Source: Xylella taiwanensis
GTDB lineage: Bacteria; Pseudomonadota; Gammaproteobacteria; Xanthomonadales; Xanthomonadaceae
Assembly: GCF_013177435.1 (NCBI RefSeq)
Contig: NZ_CP053627.1
Coordinates: 2,100,001-2,132,000 of the forward strand
Length of the DNA stretch: 32,000 nucleotides
Reading direction: 5' to 3'
Part shown: positions 1 through 10,486 of the stretch, one piece after another
Layout of the letters: each line of letters opens with the position of its first letter
Position numbering within the stretch: position 1 is the stretch's first letter
The notes under the pieces: generated by a model
What the model saw: the letters and a program-made list of their open reading frames with translations, nothing else
Databases searched by the model: none
What the model was told of the DNA's origin: nothing
Program-made: the position numbers and the translations under genes

Positions 1-135
1 GTAGTGACACCATCGGTCCAAGAAGCCACGACCACACCGATTAAATCCGAAGCAACCGCCTCGATCCCCGTACAGCAAGGCTTCCAGCCCGTGTCCGAAG
101 ATGACATCCAGACCGAACCTCTCAACCACCATTGA
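1..135 (+). CDS. Possible 3' end of an upstream ORF (partial, unknown product)
   Basis: Frame 1 is open from the window edge to TGA at 133-135 (..VQQGFQPVSEDDIQTEPLNHH*). I recognise no motif, and the sequence is low-complexity and A/C-rich, so it could be non-coding. Confidence 0.2.
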   Translation, partial: VVTPSVQEATTTPIKSEATASIPVQQGFQPVSEDDIQTEPLNHH

Positions 136-209
136 ACGCCAATCCGTACAGGTATCGATATGGTTCAGGTATGCTGAAGCCCCCTTTATAAAGTCATAGT
201 GAGTAAATC

Positions 210-425
210 ATGGGCAGCTTCAGCTTCTGGCACTGGCTGGTCGTGCTGGTCATCGTACTGTTGGTGTTCGGCACCAAGCGGCTGACCAATGGTGCCAGAG
301 ATATCGGGAACGCCATTAATGAATTTAAAAAAGGCCTACGCGAAGACGAAAAACCGACCGATCAGCTCAGCGACACCCCACAGAGCCCAGTCTCTGGGCC
401 CCACCAGGATCGCGGTAAACACTGA
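210..425 (+). CDS. tatA: Twin-arginine translocase subunit TatA
   Basis: 71 aa. One N-terminal TM helix ([20 protein letters not shown]) is followed by an amphipathic helix ([16 protein letters not shown]) and an acidic/polar tail. It is the first gene of a tatA-tatB-tatC order. Confidence 0.9.
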   Translation: MGSFSFWHWLVVLVIVLLVFGTKRLTNGARDIGNAINEFKKGLREDEKPTDQLSDTPQSPVSGPHQDRGKH

Positions 426-442
426 AACGCAGGCCGTTTGCC

Positions 443-865
443 GTGTTCGATATCGGTTTTAGCGAACTACTGCTGATCGCAGTGGTCGCCCTGGTTGTTT
501 TAGGTCCAGAACGTCTACCCAAGGCAGCCCGCTTTGCTGGTTTGTGGATGCGCCGTGCACGCGCGCAATGGGAATCAGTCAAGCAAGAGTTGGAACGGGA
601 ATTGGAAGCCGAAGAACTGAAACGCAGCCTGCAAAATGCACAGCAGACACTACACGAAGCCCCAGCGCAGTTGCACCGGAACCAGCAAGATATGGAAATA
701 CAGGACTCCATACTGCACGAGCAGCCAAGTCGCGACATTCATATTGATCACAACACCAACACAGTGGAACCAACCACGACCGCCCCCCATAACGTCCATG
801 CCATTCCTCCACCACCGCCAGGCATCAGCAAGCATGGCAACTATGGTCAAGAAAAATCGCCGTGA
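443..865 (+). CDS. tatB: Twin-arginine translocase subunit TatB
   Basis: 140 aa. The N-terminus MFDIGFSELLLIAVVALVVLGPERLP is the TatB signature. The gene starts 17 nt after tatA, and its stop overlaps the tatC start (GTGA at 862-865). Confidence 0.9.
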   Translation: MFDIGFSELLLIAVVALVVLGPERLPKAARFAGLWMRRARAQWESVKQELERELEAEELKRSLQNAQQTLHEAPAQLHRNQQDMEIQDSILHEQPSRDIHIDHNTNTVEPTTTAPHNVHAIPPPPPGISKHGNYGQEKSP

Positions 866-1602
866 CCTCGTCGGAGCATTTACAGAGCGAAAGCAGCCTC
901 ACCGAGCATTTGATCGAGCTACGTGCACGATTGATACGGATGTTGATCGGTCTTGGTCTGGTGGTAAGCGCACTGCTGCCATTTTCAAAAGTCCTTTACA
1001 GTTGGCTGGTCACACCGATGCTCTCGCAATTACCGGCTGGACAGAGCGTGATCTCCACCCAACCTGCGGGGGTGGTGTTAGCACCATTGAAACTAACTTT
1101 CTTCCTAGGCCTGTTCATCGCCATGCCCTGGGTGTTGTACCAGGCATGGGCGTTTATCGCGCCTGGTTTGTATCAGCGCGAGAAACGGCTAGCACTCCCC
1201 TTGCTAGTCTCAGCAGTGATCCTGTTTTACATCGGTTGTGCATTCGCTTACTTCCTGGTGTTGCCCGCAGTATTCCATTTTCTAACCACGTTCAAACCAG
1301 ACGTCATCCAACTTACGCCCGACGCTGGAGCTTACCTGGACTTTGTGCTGGCGATCTTCTTCGCCTTCGGTGCCAGCTTCGAACTTCCAGTGGCCATGGT
1401 GATTCTGACAGTACTGAGTTGGGTCAAACCAACGCAACTGCGTGAAAGCCGCGGTTATGCGATCGTTGCCATCTTCATCTTGGCAGCGGTACTGACACCA
1501 CCGGATGTCGTCTCGCAACTTATGCTGGCGGTACCGATGTGCCTACTCTACGAGCTTGGCATTCTTGCCGCATGGGCAGTAACGGACTCGAAAACGGCTT
1601 GA
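862..1602 (+). CDS. tatC: Twin-arginine translocase subunit TatC
   Basis: 246 aa with a GTG start. It has the N-terminal LTEHLIELRARL motif and a hydrophobic profile with about six TM segments. It is the third gene of the tat cluster. Confidence 0.9.
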   Translation: MTSSEHLQSESSLTEHLIELRARLIRMLIGLGLVVSALLPFSKVLYSWLVTPMLSQLPAGQSVISTQPAGVVLAPLKLTFFLGLFIAMPWVLYQAWAFIAPGLYQREKRLALPLLVSAVILFYIGCAFAYFLVLPAVFHFLTTFKPDVIQLTPDAGAYLDFVLAIFFAFGASFELPVAMVILTVLSWVKPTQLRESRGYAIVAIFILAAVLTPPDVVSQLMLAVPMCLLYELGILAAWAVTDSKTA

Positions 1603-1665
1603 AGCATCGCCCCACCATTTCGGACAAGAAAAGGCAAATCCCATCGGCTCCCACAATGCACTGAC

Positions 1666-2538
1666 TTAAGCGGCAAAGACGTCCTCGCGCAGCGACGGCA
1701 ATCGCACGTGTGCAAACATCTGTTTCCAAGCCTCGTACACTGCACCGGTAAACGCCGGCATCAGCACAGTCACCAAAAACACCTGCAACAAGACTATGGT
1801 CATCAACTCGCCAAGCAATTGCCTGATCAATAACGCCACAATCATCAAGGCAAAATAAACTGCAAAAAGCGCGATAAAGGCCAGGAGGAAGAACACCAAC
1901 AACGCTGAAAAATTACGCAAGCCAGCACGCAGACTCATGTTTAAAGCATGTAAACCGTCGGCTCCGTCGAACATCACCTGCGGTAGCATCACAAACAACG
2001 CCAAACTCATCGCAACGAAAACCAATAACACCAAGACCACCCACAGCAGAAAACGTACCGCAGGAAAACCAACAAGTAATTGCTGGATGTCATCCGGACC
2101 AAGCTGCACACCAGCCTGGTTTATCCCAAACAACTTGAATAACTGTTCCAAGCCGCTAGAACCCAGCATCACCCATAGAAGCACCCCCATGAGAGCCCCT
2201 GCGACCAATTGCGGCAGCAGTGACACCAGCAGATGCGGCGCCCGGCCATCTTGGAACCCATGGAATAAATGTCCCAGACGTGCAGTGCGGCCCTCATCAA
2301 CCTCGCGTACCGCCCACAACAATCCCCCCATCAGTATCGGTCCAACCAGGATCATCAGAAACTGCAAAGCGTTGCTTAAGCTTGGCCACTTGAAACCAAG
2401 CATCACTAGCAACGAGGAAATCGCACCCCATAACATGCCAATCCCACCCAGTTGCAACGGCGCACGCCGCAGTAATGCAAAGCCAGCCAACAACCATTGT
2501 GCACCGGACGCCGCCGGGACCTTGCGAATTTCGCTCAT
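1666..2538 (-). CDS. Multi-pass inner-membrane protein of unknown function
   Basis: The ORF is open from 1666 to 2658. I place the start at Met41 (2538, MSEIRKVPAASGAQWLLAGF..) because the upstream 40 codons look non-protein-like. The rest is 6-8 hydrophobic segments. I cannot name the family with confidence. Confidence 0.6.
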   Translation of the reverse strand: MSEIRKVPAASGAQWLLAGFALLRRAPLQLGGIGMLWGAISSLLVMLGFKWPSLSNALQFLMILVGPILMGGLLWAVREVDEGRTARLGHLFHGFQDGRAPHLLVSLLPQLVAGALMGVLLWVMLGSSGLEQLFKLFGINQAGVQLGPDDIQQLLVGFPAVRFLLWVVLVLLVFVAMSLALFVMLPQVMFDGADGLHALNMSLRAGLRNFSALLVFFLLAFIALFAVYFALMIVALLIRQLLGELMTIVLLQVFLVTVLMPAFTGAVYEAWKQMFAHVRLPSLREDVFAA

Positions 2539-2786
2539 TAACTTCGGTTCCAATACCATGCCATAAAGATGCAGCACCCTGGAGCAATTATCACCATTTT
2601 CAAAGTGACAAGGATATAGACGGCTTCGGAATACGAACATTTTGCCGACACCAGCCACCCCTGGACGCTAGCAACACACTTCAAGACTGCCATAAACCAA
2701 AGACGGAACATATAGACACCTGAAGATACTAGGGAAGCCGTAAAGTCAGGAAACACAACAGCGTCATAGCACGGCCAGATTCCGTC

Positions 2787-3515
2787 TTAAACGGTGCACT
2801 GCGCATGACGCACGAAGCGGCGTAACAACTGGCGAGCCACCGGCGCAGCACTGACTTGGCGCGCAATGCTACGCGGACACTGGCCATGGCGCTGTAAACA
2901 CTGAGCACGTGCAGCGACATAGCCACGCATATGATGCGTGGCGAATTCCGGATGGAACTGCACACCCCAACTATTCTGCCTCCACCGGAATGCATGGCAC
3001 CGATCCTGAACTGAACGTGCCAACACAACCGCTCCCTCAGGCACACGCAATACAGTCTGCAGATGAGTCGCATGCGCTGCAAACTGCACAGGCAAATCGG
3101 CAAACAGCGGATCGTCAAACGCAGCAGGATACAATTCCAGCCGAATCGTCCCGGATTCACGCCCGGCGGGGTTATATGCAACCTCTCCGCCAAGCGCATG
3201 TGCTAGTAATTGGTGTCCATAACAAATGCCGAGTAACGGCATCCCCGCATAAGCGGCTTCACATAACCAATCGGCGGTACGCTCGCTCCAGTCAGCACGG
3301 TCAGTGACAAAGGCCCCCGAACCACTGATCATCACCCCAACGAACCCTTCACGTGTCGGCAACGTCTCACCCGCTTCGACATTAACCACCACCGTTTGCG
3401 ACTCAGCCAAACCAGAAGCAACGCGAATCCAGTGTGGGAAGCGCCCATAACGCCTCACCGTTGGCAAGGGCTGGCCAGTTTCGATAATTAAAAAAGGTGC
3501 TGCAGACATTGTCAT
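2787..3515 (-). CDS. Class-I glutamine amidotransferase (GMP-synthase-like GATase domain protein)
   Basis: 242 aa. The nucleophile elbow is LLGICYGHQLLAHALGG and the His/Glu region is GVQFHPEF. The length is typical of stand-alone GATase-1 proteins. Confidence 0.8.
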   Translation of the reverse strand: MTMSAAPFLIIETGQPLPTVRRYGRFPHWIRVASGLAESQTVVVNVEAGETLPTREGFVGVMISGSGAFVTDRADWSERTADWLCEAAYAGMPLLGICYGHQLLAHALGGEVAYNPAGRESGTIRLELYPAAFDDPLFADLPVQFAAHATHLQTVLRVPEGAVVLARSVQDRCHAFRWRQNSWGVQFHPEFATHHMRGYVAARAQCLQRHGQCPRSIARQVSAAPVARQLLRRFVRHAQCTV

Positions 3516-4805
3516 GCGTAAGCAGTAAAAGATTCATCAAGTTAGACAACAGCAGTCCGGCTTTTTCAAGCAACGTGCATCAGCAGCCGGCACCAAAGAA
3601 TATTAAAACTCACCGTTCCCACGCTACTGAGCGCAGCACTCCTGCAATTTCCAACCATAAGCCCCCACTCTCCTGCGATCCAGATACCCTCTCCCCTGTC
3701 ATTACCCAGTTGCCCGCTCACACACCTCATCATCCGGATATCACCTTGGAGCAATCCTAAGCAGTCCTCAGAATATGCCTATCGATTCGATGGAATAACG
3801 GCCATTGCCATGCAAGTGTCACTCAAGAAATAACAGGCCCTTAAACATCCTCACAGGCTCGAACGATACCCGGATAAGAACTATGTTTGGATGATCTGAA
3901 AATCACCACAGCACAAGCAAAGCAAGCATCATATTTTTTACACCCTGCCTACACCTTGACCACTTCATAGCGACTATTAACGACCATCTCTCGCTCTGCT
4001 GTACAGCATCAGCACCGCTTGAGCTCAGTTTCACAGACGCATCAAATCACTCAATGTTTTATCAATCATCAGCGCCGCTGCTACGCTCCTGACTCGTGGA
4101 AATGCGACGCACAATGCTGCATATGTACACCCAATGTTCTGGGCTGATGCTGCGACGAGGATCAACTGCGTACCCCTTTGTCTGAAACATCCCACTCCTT
4201 CCACCGGAAACAACTCGGTATTGAAAACACCTTTAAAAGCTCCGAGCATGTAGAATTGGCAATTTTTGAATCTCCGGTTGCATGCGGCGATACCCTCACG
4301 ATCATACAGACGCTCCGTAGATATTGAACTTCCGACTTTCGTTGCACCGCATCACGAAGCGCATCCCGACACCGACACTGTTCGACCATGATCGGGGAAA
4401 GCCCATGCACACGGTACCCCAACGACGCAACGCCCTAGAGCACATCACGTTACGCATGACCTGTACGATGTATCCATTGCTTCATCGACACCATATCCTG
4501 ATGTCCGCCTTGTCAGGCATCTCCCCTGCGTCCTACTGCATCTTGCATCATCTAGCAGCATACCGGCTCACGCCACAAGCAGTTGTCAATCCCGGTGAAT
4601 GTCAACAGCACTTAAGACGGACAACACGCATCGCTCAGAACGACAATAGTGACTGGTAGCTACAAGCATTACCAATTCAATCGAGTGGGTTTCAGTCTGA
4701 TTATTTCACCGTTTCCGGTTACAAACAGCTGTCGCTATCGGAACAACCAGCAGACACCTACAATCCCCATAGTCTTGATCCCATGACACCTTAGGAAGCG
4801 CCGCT

Positions 4806-5261
4806 TTGAAACGGTTACTCAACACCGTCTTGACCGCCATGTTGCTCAGCAGCTCACCTGCCCTCTGGGCCGAAACGTGTGCAGTGACTATTTCTGCAAA
4901 CGATCAGATGAGGTTCGACCAAAACACCATCAAAATCGCACCGCAATGCACCCAGGTTAACCTCACACTCAAACACACCGGCAAGATGGCCGCACGCGTC
5001 ATGGGTCACAATTGGGTACTGACCAAAACCACCGACATGCAGGCCGTCGCACTGGCCGGATTACGCACCACACTGGCAGACAGCTATCTCCCCAAGGCCG
5101 ACCCGCGCGTCATCGCCTATACCAAGATCATCGGCAGCGGTGAGAGCACGACCATCACCTTCCCGACCAGTAAGCTCAGCAAAAACGTGTCATACACCTT
5201 TTTCTGCTCATTTCCCGGTCACTGGGCACTGATGCAGGGAACCCTGAGTTTTGGCCAATAA
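4806..5261 (+). CDS. azu: Azurin (blue copper protein) precursor
   Basis: 151 aa. TTG start at 4806, 7 nt after AGGAAG (4793-4798). Signal peptide ..SSPALWA/ETC. Copper ligands sit in the canonical context (MGHNWVL ... FFCSFPGHWALMQG). The early Cys pair (C..C) expected for the azurin disulfide is present. Confidence 0.85.
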   Translation: MKRLLNTVLTAMLLSSSPALWAETCAVTISANDQMRFDQNTIKIAPQCTQVNLTLKHTGKMAARVMGHNWVLTKTTDMQAVALAGLRTTLADSYLPKADPRVIAYTKIIGSGESTTITFPTSKLSKNVSYTFFCSFPGHWALMQGTLSFGQ

Positions 5262-6068
5262 AAAACAAGTGTTCGCATGCCCGTCGCAGCAAGGAGAACA
5301 AGGTGATGGAAATACCATCCTCATTGATAACGGCACTCTGACAACGTCACTTCCATACCATTGGTGCTTCAGACACATATAGAAAGGATAGAAGTGCAAT
5401 AAAACATCCCATGTCTTGATAAACACATCAGGCGCGTCGCTTTACTGCTCATTGGAATCCCAGAAAGAAAATGACCACAACACTGGCAAGACACGAGCAG
5501 ATCCGAGCAACAACGTTTGCAACACCTGAAGTACGAAGCCACCCACAGCAGACCATACACAGCCTCTTCTGAAGCCTGTACAGCGCATTTTGGGACAAAA
5601 AGCATTCGCATCCGATCACACCATTAAGACTCATGGGTCGGTTACATCAACGCATCTCACCAGTGCTGCACACCGAGCCAATTCACAGTCCCACCAGGAC
5701 ACTGTCAAACGCCTTCAAGTATTCAAGGAGGAACCATCACGACACCATACGCATTCAGCAAGATATAGGCGTGCAACCGTACTTAGCGCACCTCGAACAC
5801 ATCCGTGCAACCCACATGGACCTGTGTGGTACTCAAAAGATCTGCACGCAATATACCCATGGCGTCATCACTGATCCATTGATAGCTATCCTGGAAGAAC
5901 CAAAGCATCTGAACGAACTCATTTCCGCGCATGCATCACCAACGACGACCACCCACCATCGACGCGCACTCACCCGTCCATACTAGACTTGATGCATATC
6001 AACGGAACGCTACAAAAATTAAAACAATTCAACCTGAATTCGAAGGAACGTCAGGGAGGACAACGTCC

Positions 6069-7088
6069 TCAATAGCGCCGTGAAATCAGTCTGGCTGCTG
6101 CCCCAACAATCTCACCATGCAGTTTCAGGTAGTTACGCAGACGGGTCGGATCCAACGTTCCACACGCAATCGCCGCACGCACCGCACACCCTGGCTCAGC
6201 CTGATGCGCACAATCGCGAAAACGACACTGCGACGCCAGCGACTCAACGTCGGCAAACTCTTCGACGAGGTCCTCCTCACCAGTCAGCTTGAGCTCACGC
6301 ATCCCTGGGGTATCAATCAAACACGCCCCGGACGGCAACGCCAATAACGCCCGATGGGTCGTCGTATGTCGACCACGCGAATCTCTCTGACGCACCGCTG
6401 CAACCCTCATACGCTGCTCGCCAAGCAGCGTGTTCATCAACGTCGACTTGCCCGCACCCGATGAGCCGACCAACGCCACCGTACGCCCCGGCAATAGCCA
6501 CGGACGCAGCGCCGCAACAGGCGCTGCTTCACGCGCATCAACAGGCACCACCGCCTGCAGAGAATGCTCCCGCAGCACAGCCACCGCCGCTCCTACATCG
6601 GCACACCTATCGACCTTCGTGAGGACCACTACCGGCTCAACGCCACCACTGCCAATCAACACGCAGTAACGCTCAATCCGGCGCGGATTAAAATCACCAT
6701 CCAGTCCGCAGACGATAAATGCAGTATCCAGATTAGCGGCAATCATCTGTTGCCGGTAATGTTCACCCGCTGCCAAGCGCTTGATCACTGTGCGCCGCGG
6801 CAATAACGCCACGATGCGACGGTCATCCAACAACACCCAATCGCCCACCACAGCTCGCTCATGGTTTGGGCAAGATCGCCGCTGCCACGCGGGCGGCGAC
6901 TCAACCTTCATCCGGAGCTCTGGCGCTTCAGCTACGACATAACCAGATCGATGCTGCTCAATCACCCGCGCTGGACGCCTCTGTGGATGCGCTGCACAGA
7001 CCGCCCGCCACGCTGCATCAGCAGGCGGCCCCGGCCAGGGCCAACCAATCGCTTGAAGCATCTGATACTCAAAAACAGGCTCAATCAT
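6069..7088 (-). CDS. rsgA: Ribosome small-subunit-dependent GTPase A
   Basis: 339 aa. The GTPase motifs are circularly permuted: VVLTKVD (G4) precedes the P-loop GSSGAGKSTLMNTL. The C-terminal zinc knuckle is CRFRDCAHQAEPGCAV. Confidence 0.9.
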   Translation of the reverse strand: MIEPVFEYQMLQAIGWPWPGPPADAAWRAVCAAHPQRRPARVIEQHRSGYVVAEAPELRMKVESPPAWQRRSCPNHERAVVGDWVLLDDRRIVALLPRRTVIKRLAAGEHYRQQMIAANLDTAFIVCGLDGDFNPRRIERYCVLIGSGGVEPVVVLTKVDRCADVGAAVAVLREHSLQAVVPVDAREAAPVAALRPWLLPGRTVALVGSSGAGKSTLMNTLLGEQRMRVAAVRQRDSRGRHTTTHRALLALPSGACLIDTPGMRELKLTGEEDLVEEFADVESLASQCRFRDCAHQAEPGCAVRAAIACGTLDPTRLRNYLKLHGEIVGAAARLISRRY

Positions 7089-7483
7089 GCATCGATTCTA
7101 ACGTGCACACGTATTGCCTTTTTCCGAAATGCTGCGCTGTGGCGCCCAACCCATGATCGCATTGATCATCACGTCCCTATAACCGGATTCTTACCACAAC
7201 ACCTTGAACACGTATCCGCATCTCCAAACATGAAAAATACCTATGTCACCAAGCCAACCACAGCCATCTCGAACCAATCGCACCAGGAAGATTGGTAGCC
7301 ATTCAACACCGCCCCAGCATGGCACTTACGGGGCGGCTGTGGAAAATGCGATCTGTTGCTACACCTTGATTCCTCAAACGACATAACACGCTCCTCATGG
7401 GAAACGTGCCGATCAAGACCAAAGCGAGATACAAGCATCGCTGCTTGTTTAATCAATGCTGCATCGCAACAGCACCAAGCATC

Positions 7484-7852
7484 TCAACAGTCATCCAGGC
7501 GAAACGCATCACGGATCCAATGCAGCTGCAACGGCCTGCCTGCCCCCTCAACCACGTCGAAGCGGCACGGCACCTGCGCTAACAGCGGGTGGCGCTGTAA
7601 AAACAACTGCGCCGCCATGACGAGCTTGCGGCGTTTACGCTGATCCACACTCTGTGCAGCGCTCCCATGACTATCTTGCTGACGGTAACGGACCTCGACG
7701 AACACAACACTCATCACATCATGCATCACCAAATCCAATTCGCCGCCACGGAAATGCACGTTACTGGCCAACCAACGCAAACCAGCCTGTTCCAGATACC
7801 GGCGTGCAGCCACTTCGACGGCTACACCGCACTCGCGCCGGTTCAACATCAC
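7484..7852 (-). CDS. yraN: YraN family protein (UPF0102, predicted endonuclease fold)
   Basis: 122 aa. The pattern G..AE..A..YL...G......N.R...GE.DL and VFVEVR..... matches YraN. It lies immediately downstream of lpoA with zero gap, as in E. coli. Confidence 0.8.
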   Translation of the reverse strand: MMLNRRECGVAVEVAARRYLEQAGLRWLASNVHFRGGELDLVMHDVMSVVFVEVRYRQQDSHGSAAQSVDQRKRRKLVMAAQLFLQRHPLLAQVPCRFDVVEGAGRPLQLHWIRDAFRLDDC

Positions 7853-9583
7853 TCAGAGCATCTCCACCGGAATGCTCTGACCATTCCTGAAAGTCGCCCA
7901 GATCGGCGTACGTATGACGTTACCGGAATCATCCAAATGCAAAGTCCCTGTGGCCCCGCGCAGGCCGCCACCGTCAACAGCACCAGAAAGTCTCTCCAGA
8001 TAGACAGACAAGGTCCAGGCATCGACACCAAATGCGAACAGACGCAAGGCCGCCCCCCGCATATTTGGCAAACGCACAGCCACGTCCGCCGCGGTTGGTA
8101 ATGACTTCATGCCCTGCACAATCCAAGGTTCAGCCGGATACACAATCCCATCCAACAAGGCATCTTCCTCAGGCTTACCCGTGCCCAACACCAGTTGCGA
8201 AGTGCCCACATGGGGCTTGCTCGATAACCCCGCCAGCGCCAGCTGCGGCACCACCGCACGCGCGGTGGGACCACGCACTGCAAGAAACACTGCATCAGCA
8301 CGATCGGAGTCACGCAGCCTGGGGCCCAGATCACCGGGGAGATCAGCGATGTCCAGCACCGCCAACACTTGGCCACCACGCTCCCGGAAGCGCTCAATGA
8401 ATGCCTGCGCACTCCGCCGGCCAATGTCATCATGACTGCTGATCACCATCACGTTGCGCCGCTCTTGAGCTAACAAGTATTCGGCAGCCATCACGCCATC
8501 ATCCTCAGGGGCCAACGAGAAACTCACGCTCCCTGGCAACGACGCCACCCGCTTGTCGCTCGAACGATTCAATGCCAGCAGCGGTACGCTCAGTGACTCC
8601 TCACCCAACAACACGCTCACCTCGTCGCGACCGAGGGGACCGATCACAAAGTCGGCACCGGCCGCCACCGCCTTGGCGTACGCGGCCTTGGCTCCAGCTG
8701 GAGTGCTACCAGTATCGAAGAAATCCAGTTCCGGGCGACGCCGAGTTTCAGCATAGTAACCAGTGAGCAAACCATCACGGACTGGGGCAGCCGCTGTGGC
8801 CAGACTGCCGGTCAATGGCAGCAGGACCGCCAACTTCAACGGCGGGCGATACCCATCGGAGTCGGCCGGTGGGCGCTTGCTGATGTCCACACCCCGCTGC
8901 TCGCTACGCTCGAACGGACGCGGGAGTGCTTGACCGCGGCGCAGTAAGGCGCGTCCAGCAAAGTTGTACAACGGATCACCCACTGGCAGCGCTGCCGTGC
9001 GGGTGCTTAATACAGCGTCATCTAAACCAGCAAGCAGGCGCACGAGCGCGCGCTGATTTTCATCGCGTGCATTGCCAGTCAATGCTAAATCGGCGCGCGC
9101 GCGCTGCTGCGCCGCACCAAAAGCGTCACCGTTGGCCTCCAACGCCGCCGCACGCCCCAACCACCAACGTGTCTGCAGTTGCGGAGGCAACCCATCCGGT
9201 GATTCACCCAAATACTGCAACGCCTGTACCGGCTGCTGATTGGCTACCGCCAGTTCTCCCAGTAACAGCGCAAAGCGCGCCTTACTGTCACCAGTGAGCT
9301 GCTGCACGCTCACCTGTGCGACCAGCGTCTGTGCACGTGCGGTATCTCCAGCATCGCGCCAAGCGAAGGCAGCATCGGCCAGCAACCGCATGCGTTCGCT
9401 GCCCCTGGCCTGGCTGGCCTCGGCTTCGAGCTGCTGCGCCGCCTCGCGCGGTTTGTCCTGCTCCAGCAATACCAGCCCGGCACTTTGGCGGGGCAAGAAC
9501 ACTTGAGTGGATGTAGTCACACAACCGGCAACCAATAGCGTTGCCAGCAACAGCATGGATATTTTTGCAAAACGCTGGTTCAT
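7853..9583 (-). CDS. lpoA: Penicillin-binding protein activator LpoA (LppC family lipoprotein)
   Basis: 576 aa. Lipobox LLVAGC. The N-terminal part is Ala/Leu-rich and TPR-like, and the C-terminal part resembles a periplasmic-binding-protein fold. It is divergent from rsmI and followed by yraN, the conserved rsmI/lpoA-yraN arrangement. Confidence 0.8.
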   Translation of the reverse strand: MNQRFAKISMLLLATLLVAGCVTTSTQVFLPRQSAGLVLLEQDKPREAAQQLEAEASQARGSERMRLLADAAFAWRDAGDTARAQTLVAQVSVQQLTGDSKARFALLLGELAVANQQPVQALQYLGESPDGLPPQLQTRWWLGRAAALEANGDAFGAAQQRARADLALTGNARDENQRALVRLLAGLDDAVLSTRTAALPVGDPLYNFAGRALLRRGQALPRPFERSEQRGVDISKRPPADSDGYRPPLKLAVLLPLTGSLATAAAPVRDGLLTGYYAETRRRPELDFFDTGSTPAGAKAAYAKAVAAGADFVIGPLGRDEVSVLLGEESLSVPLLALNRSSDKRVASLPGSVSFSLAPEDDGVMAAEYLLAQERRNVMVISSHDDIGRRSAQAFIERFRERGGQVLAVLDIADLPGDLGPRLRDSDRADAVFLAVRGPTARAVVPQLALAGLSSKPHVGTSQLVLGTGKPEEDALLDGIVYPAEPWIVQGMKSLPTAADVAVRLPNMRGAALRLFAFGVDAWTLSVYLERLSGAVDGGGLRGATGTLHLDDSGNVIRTPIWATFRNGQSIPVEML

Positions 9584-9664
9584 TCAAGACCCATACGACG
9601 GGGCCCACCGAAGCGGGCAAGTGAAAAACGCTACGATTTTACTCTCCCACAAGAATCTCCGCCG

Positions 9665-10486
9665 ATGTCCACACCAGGCACGCTCCATATCGTCGCAACC
9701 CCCATCGGCAACCTGGGCGATCTGTCGCCACGTGCGCAACACATCCTACGCACCGTCGCCATGATATGCGCCGAAGACACTCGGCATACCCGGCAACTGC
9801 TGGCACACTTCGCGATTGAACGCCCGCTGCTGGCGCTGCACGCGCACAACGAGGACACGCTGGCTGAGCGGATAGTGACGCGACTGACCGGAGGCGAATC
9901 ACTGGCCCTGGTCAGCGATGCCGGCACACCGCTGATCAGCGACCCGGGCTTTCTTCTGGTCCGTGCTGCACGTGCGGCGGGAATTCGGGTGACCCCGGTG
10001 CCAGGACCAAGCGCATTGATCGCCGCACTCAGTGTCTGCGGCCTGCCGAGTGACCGCTTTACCTTCGAAGGCTTTCTGCCAGCCAAACCAGCGGCACGGC
10101 GCGAACGTCTGACACAACTGGCGCATGAACCCAGAACCCTTATCTTTTACGAGGCATCGCACCGCATCGCCGCGTGTCTGACGGACCTAGCAACCATCTT
10201 CGGCGGCATGCGTGCAGCGGTGATTGCACGCGAACTCACCAAGGTATTCGAGACCGTGCTTGACGGCACCCTGGACACATTGCAAACACAGGTGGCCAAC
10301 GACGATCACCAGCGTAAAGGGGAATTTGTGGTCATTGTGCAAGGTGCCGCCGATCAGGCCACCGCCAGGATCGCGGAGGGCCGCCGTGTCTACACACTAC
10401 TTAAAGCACACCTGCCCCCTTCAGGTGCCGCCAAACTGGCCGCCGAGATCACGGGTGCTCCACGCAAGGCGTTGTACGGCGGCTGA
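9665..10486 (+). CDS. rsmI: 16S rRNA (cytidine1402-2'-O)-methyltransferase RsmI
   Basis: 273 aa. The N-terminus is GTLHIVATPIGNLGDLSPRA and the motif VSDAGTPLISDPG is present (tetrapyrrole-methylase fold). It is divergent from lpoA. Confidence 0.9.
   Translation: MSTPGTLHIVATPIGNLGDLSPRAQHILRTVAMICAEDTRHTRQLLAHFAIERPLLALHAHNEDTLAERIVTRLTGGESLALVSDAGTPLISDPGFLLVRAARAAGIRVTPVPGPSALIAALSVCGLPSDRFTFEGFLPAKPAARRERLTQLAHEPRTLIFYEASHRIAACLTDLATIFGGMRAAVIARELTKVFETVLDGTLDTLQTQVANDDHQRKGEFVVIVQGAADQATARIAEGRRVYTLLKAHLPPSGAAKLAAEITGAPRKALYGG

Noticed and set aside
636-1445. 269-aa + strand ORF overlapping tatB and tatC in another frame
   Set aside because: The tatB and tatC frames carry the diagnostic motifs. 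The alternative frame is Thr/Arg/Pro-rich and has no start context.
1937-2566. 209-aa + strand ORF antisense to the membrane-protein gene
   Set aside because: It is a shadow ORF. Its composition (Asn/Thr/Pro/Ser-rich) is what the complement of a hydrophobic-protein gene gives, and it has no motifs.
4031-4422. Two overlapping minus-strand ORFs (72 and 86 aa) that could be halves of one frameshifted gene
   Set aside because: I could not match either to a family by eye. This may be another relic, but I have no positive evidence beyond the adjacent frames.
4324-4659. 111-aa ORF in the gene-free tract upstream of azurin, with similar ORFs at 3497-3760 and 5590-5986
   Set aside because: The translations are rich in His, Thr, Pro and Arg, as expected from A/C-rich non-coding DNA. 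There is no Shine-Dalgarno sequence and no motif. I noted a loose MerR-like resemblance in 5633-5986 (..LEHIRATHMDLCGTQKI versus ..LrFIrrARdLGFsleEI), but it is too weak to call.
7089-7483. Expected diaA/dolP-type genes downstream of yraN (E. coli order lpoA-yraN-diaA-dolP)
   Set aside because: Only 395 bp separate yraN from rsgA, and the single 71-aa ORF there has no SIS or BON motif that I can see. Absence is noted, but gene order in this lineage may simply differ.
9631-10086. 151-aa minus-strand ORF inside rsmI
   Set aside because: It is antisense to a gene with clear RsmI motifs, and its translation is Arg/Ser/Ala-rich shadow sequence.
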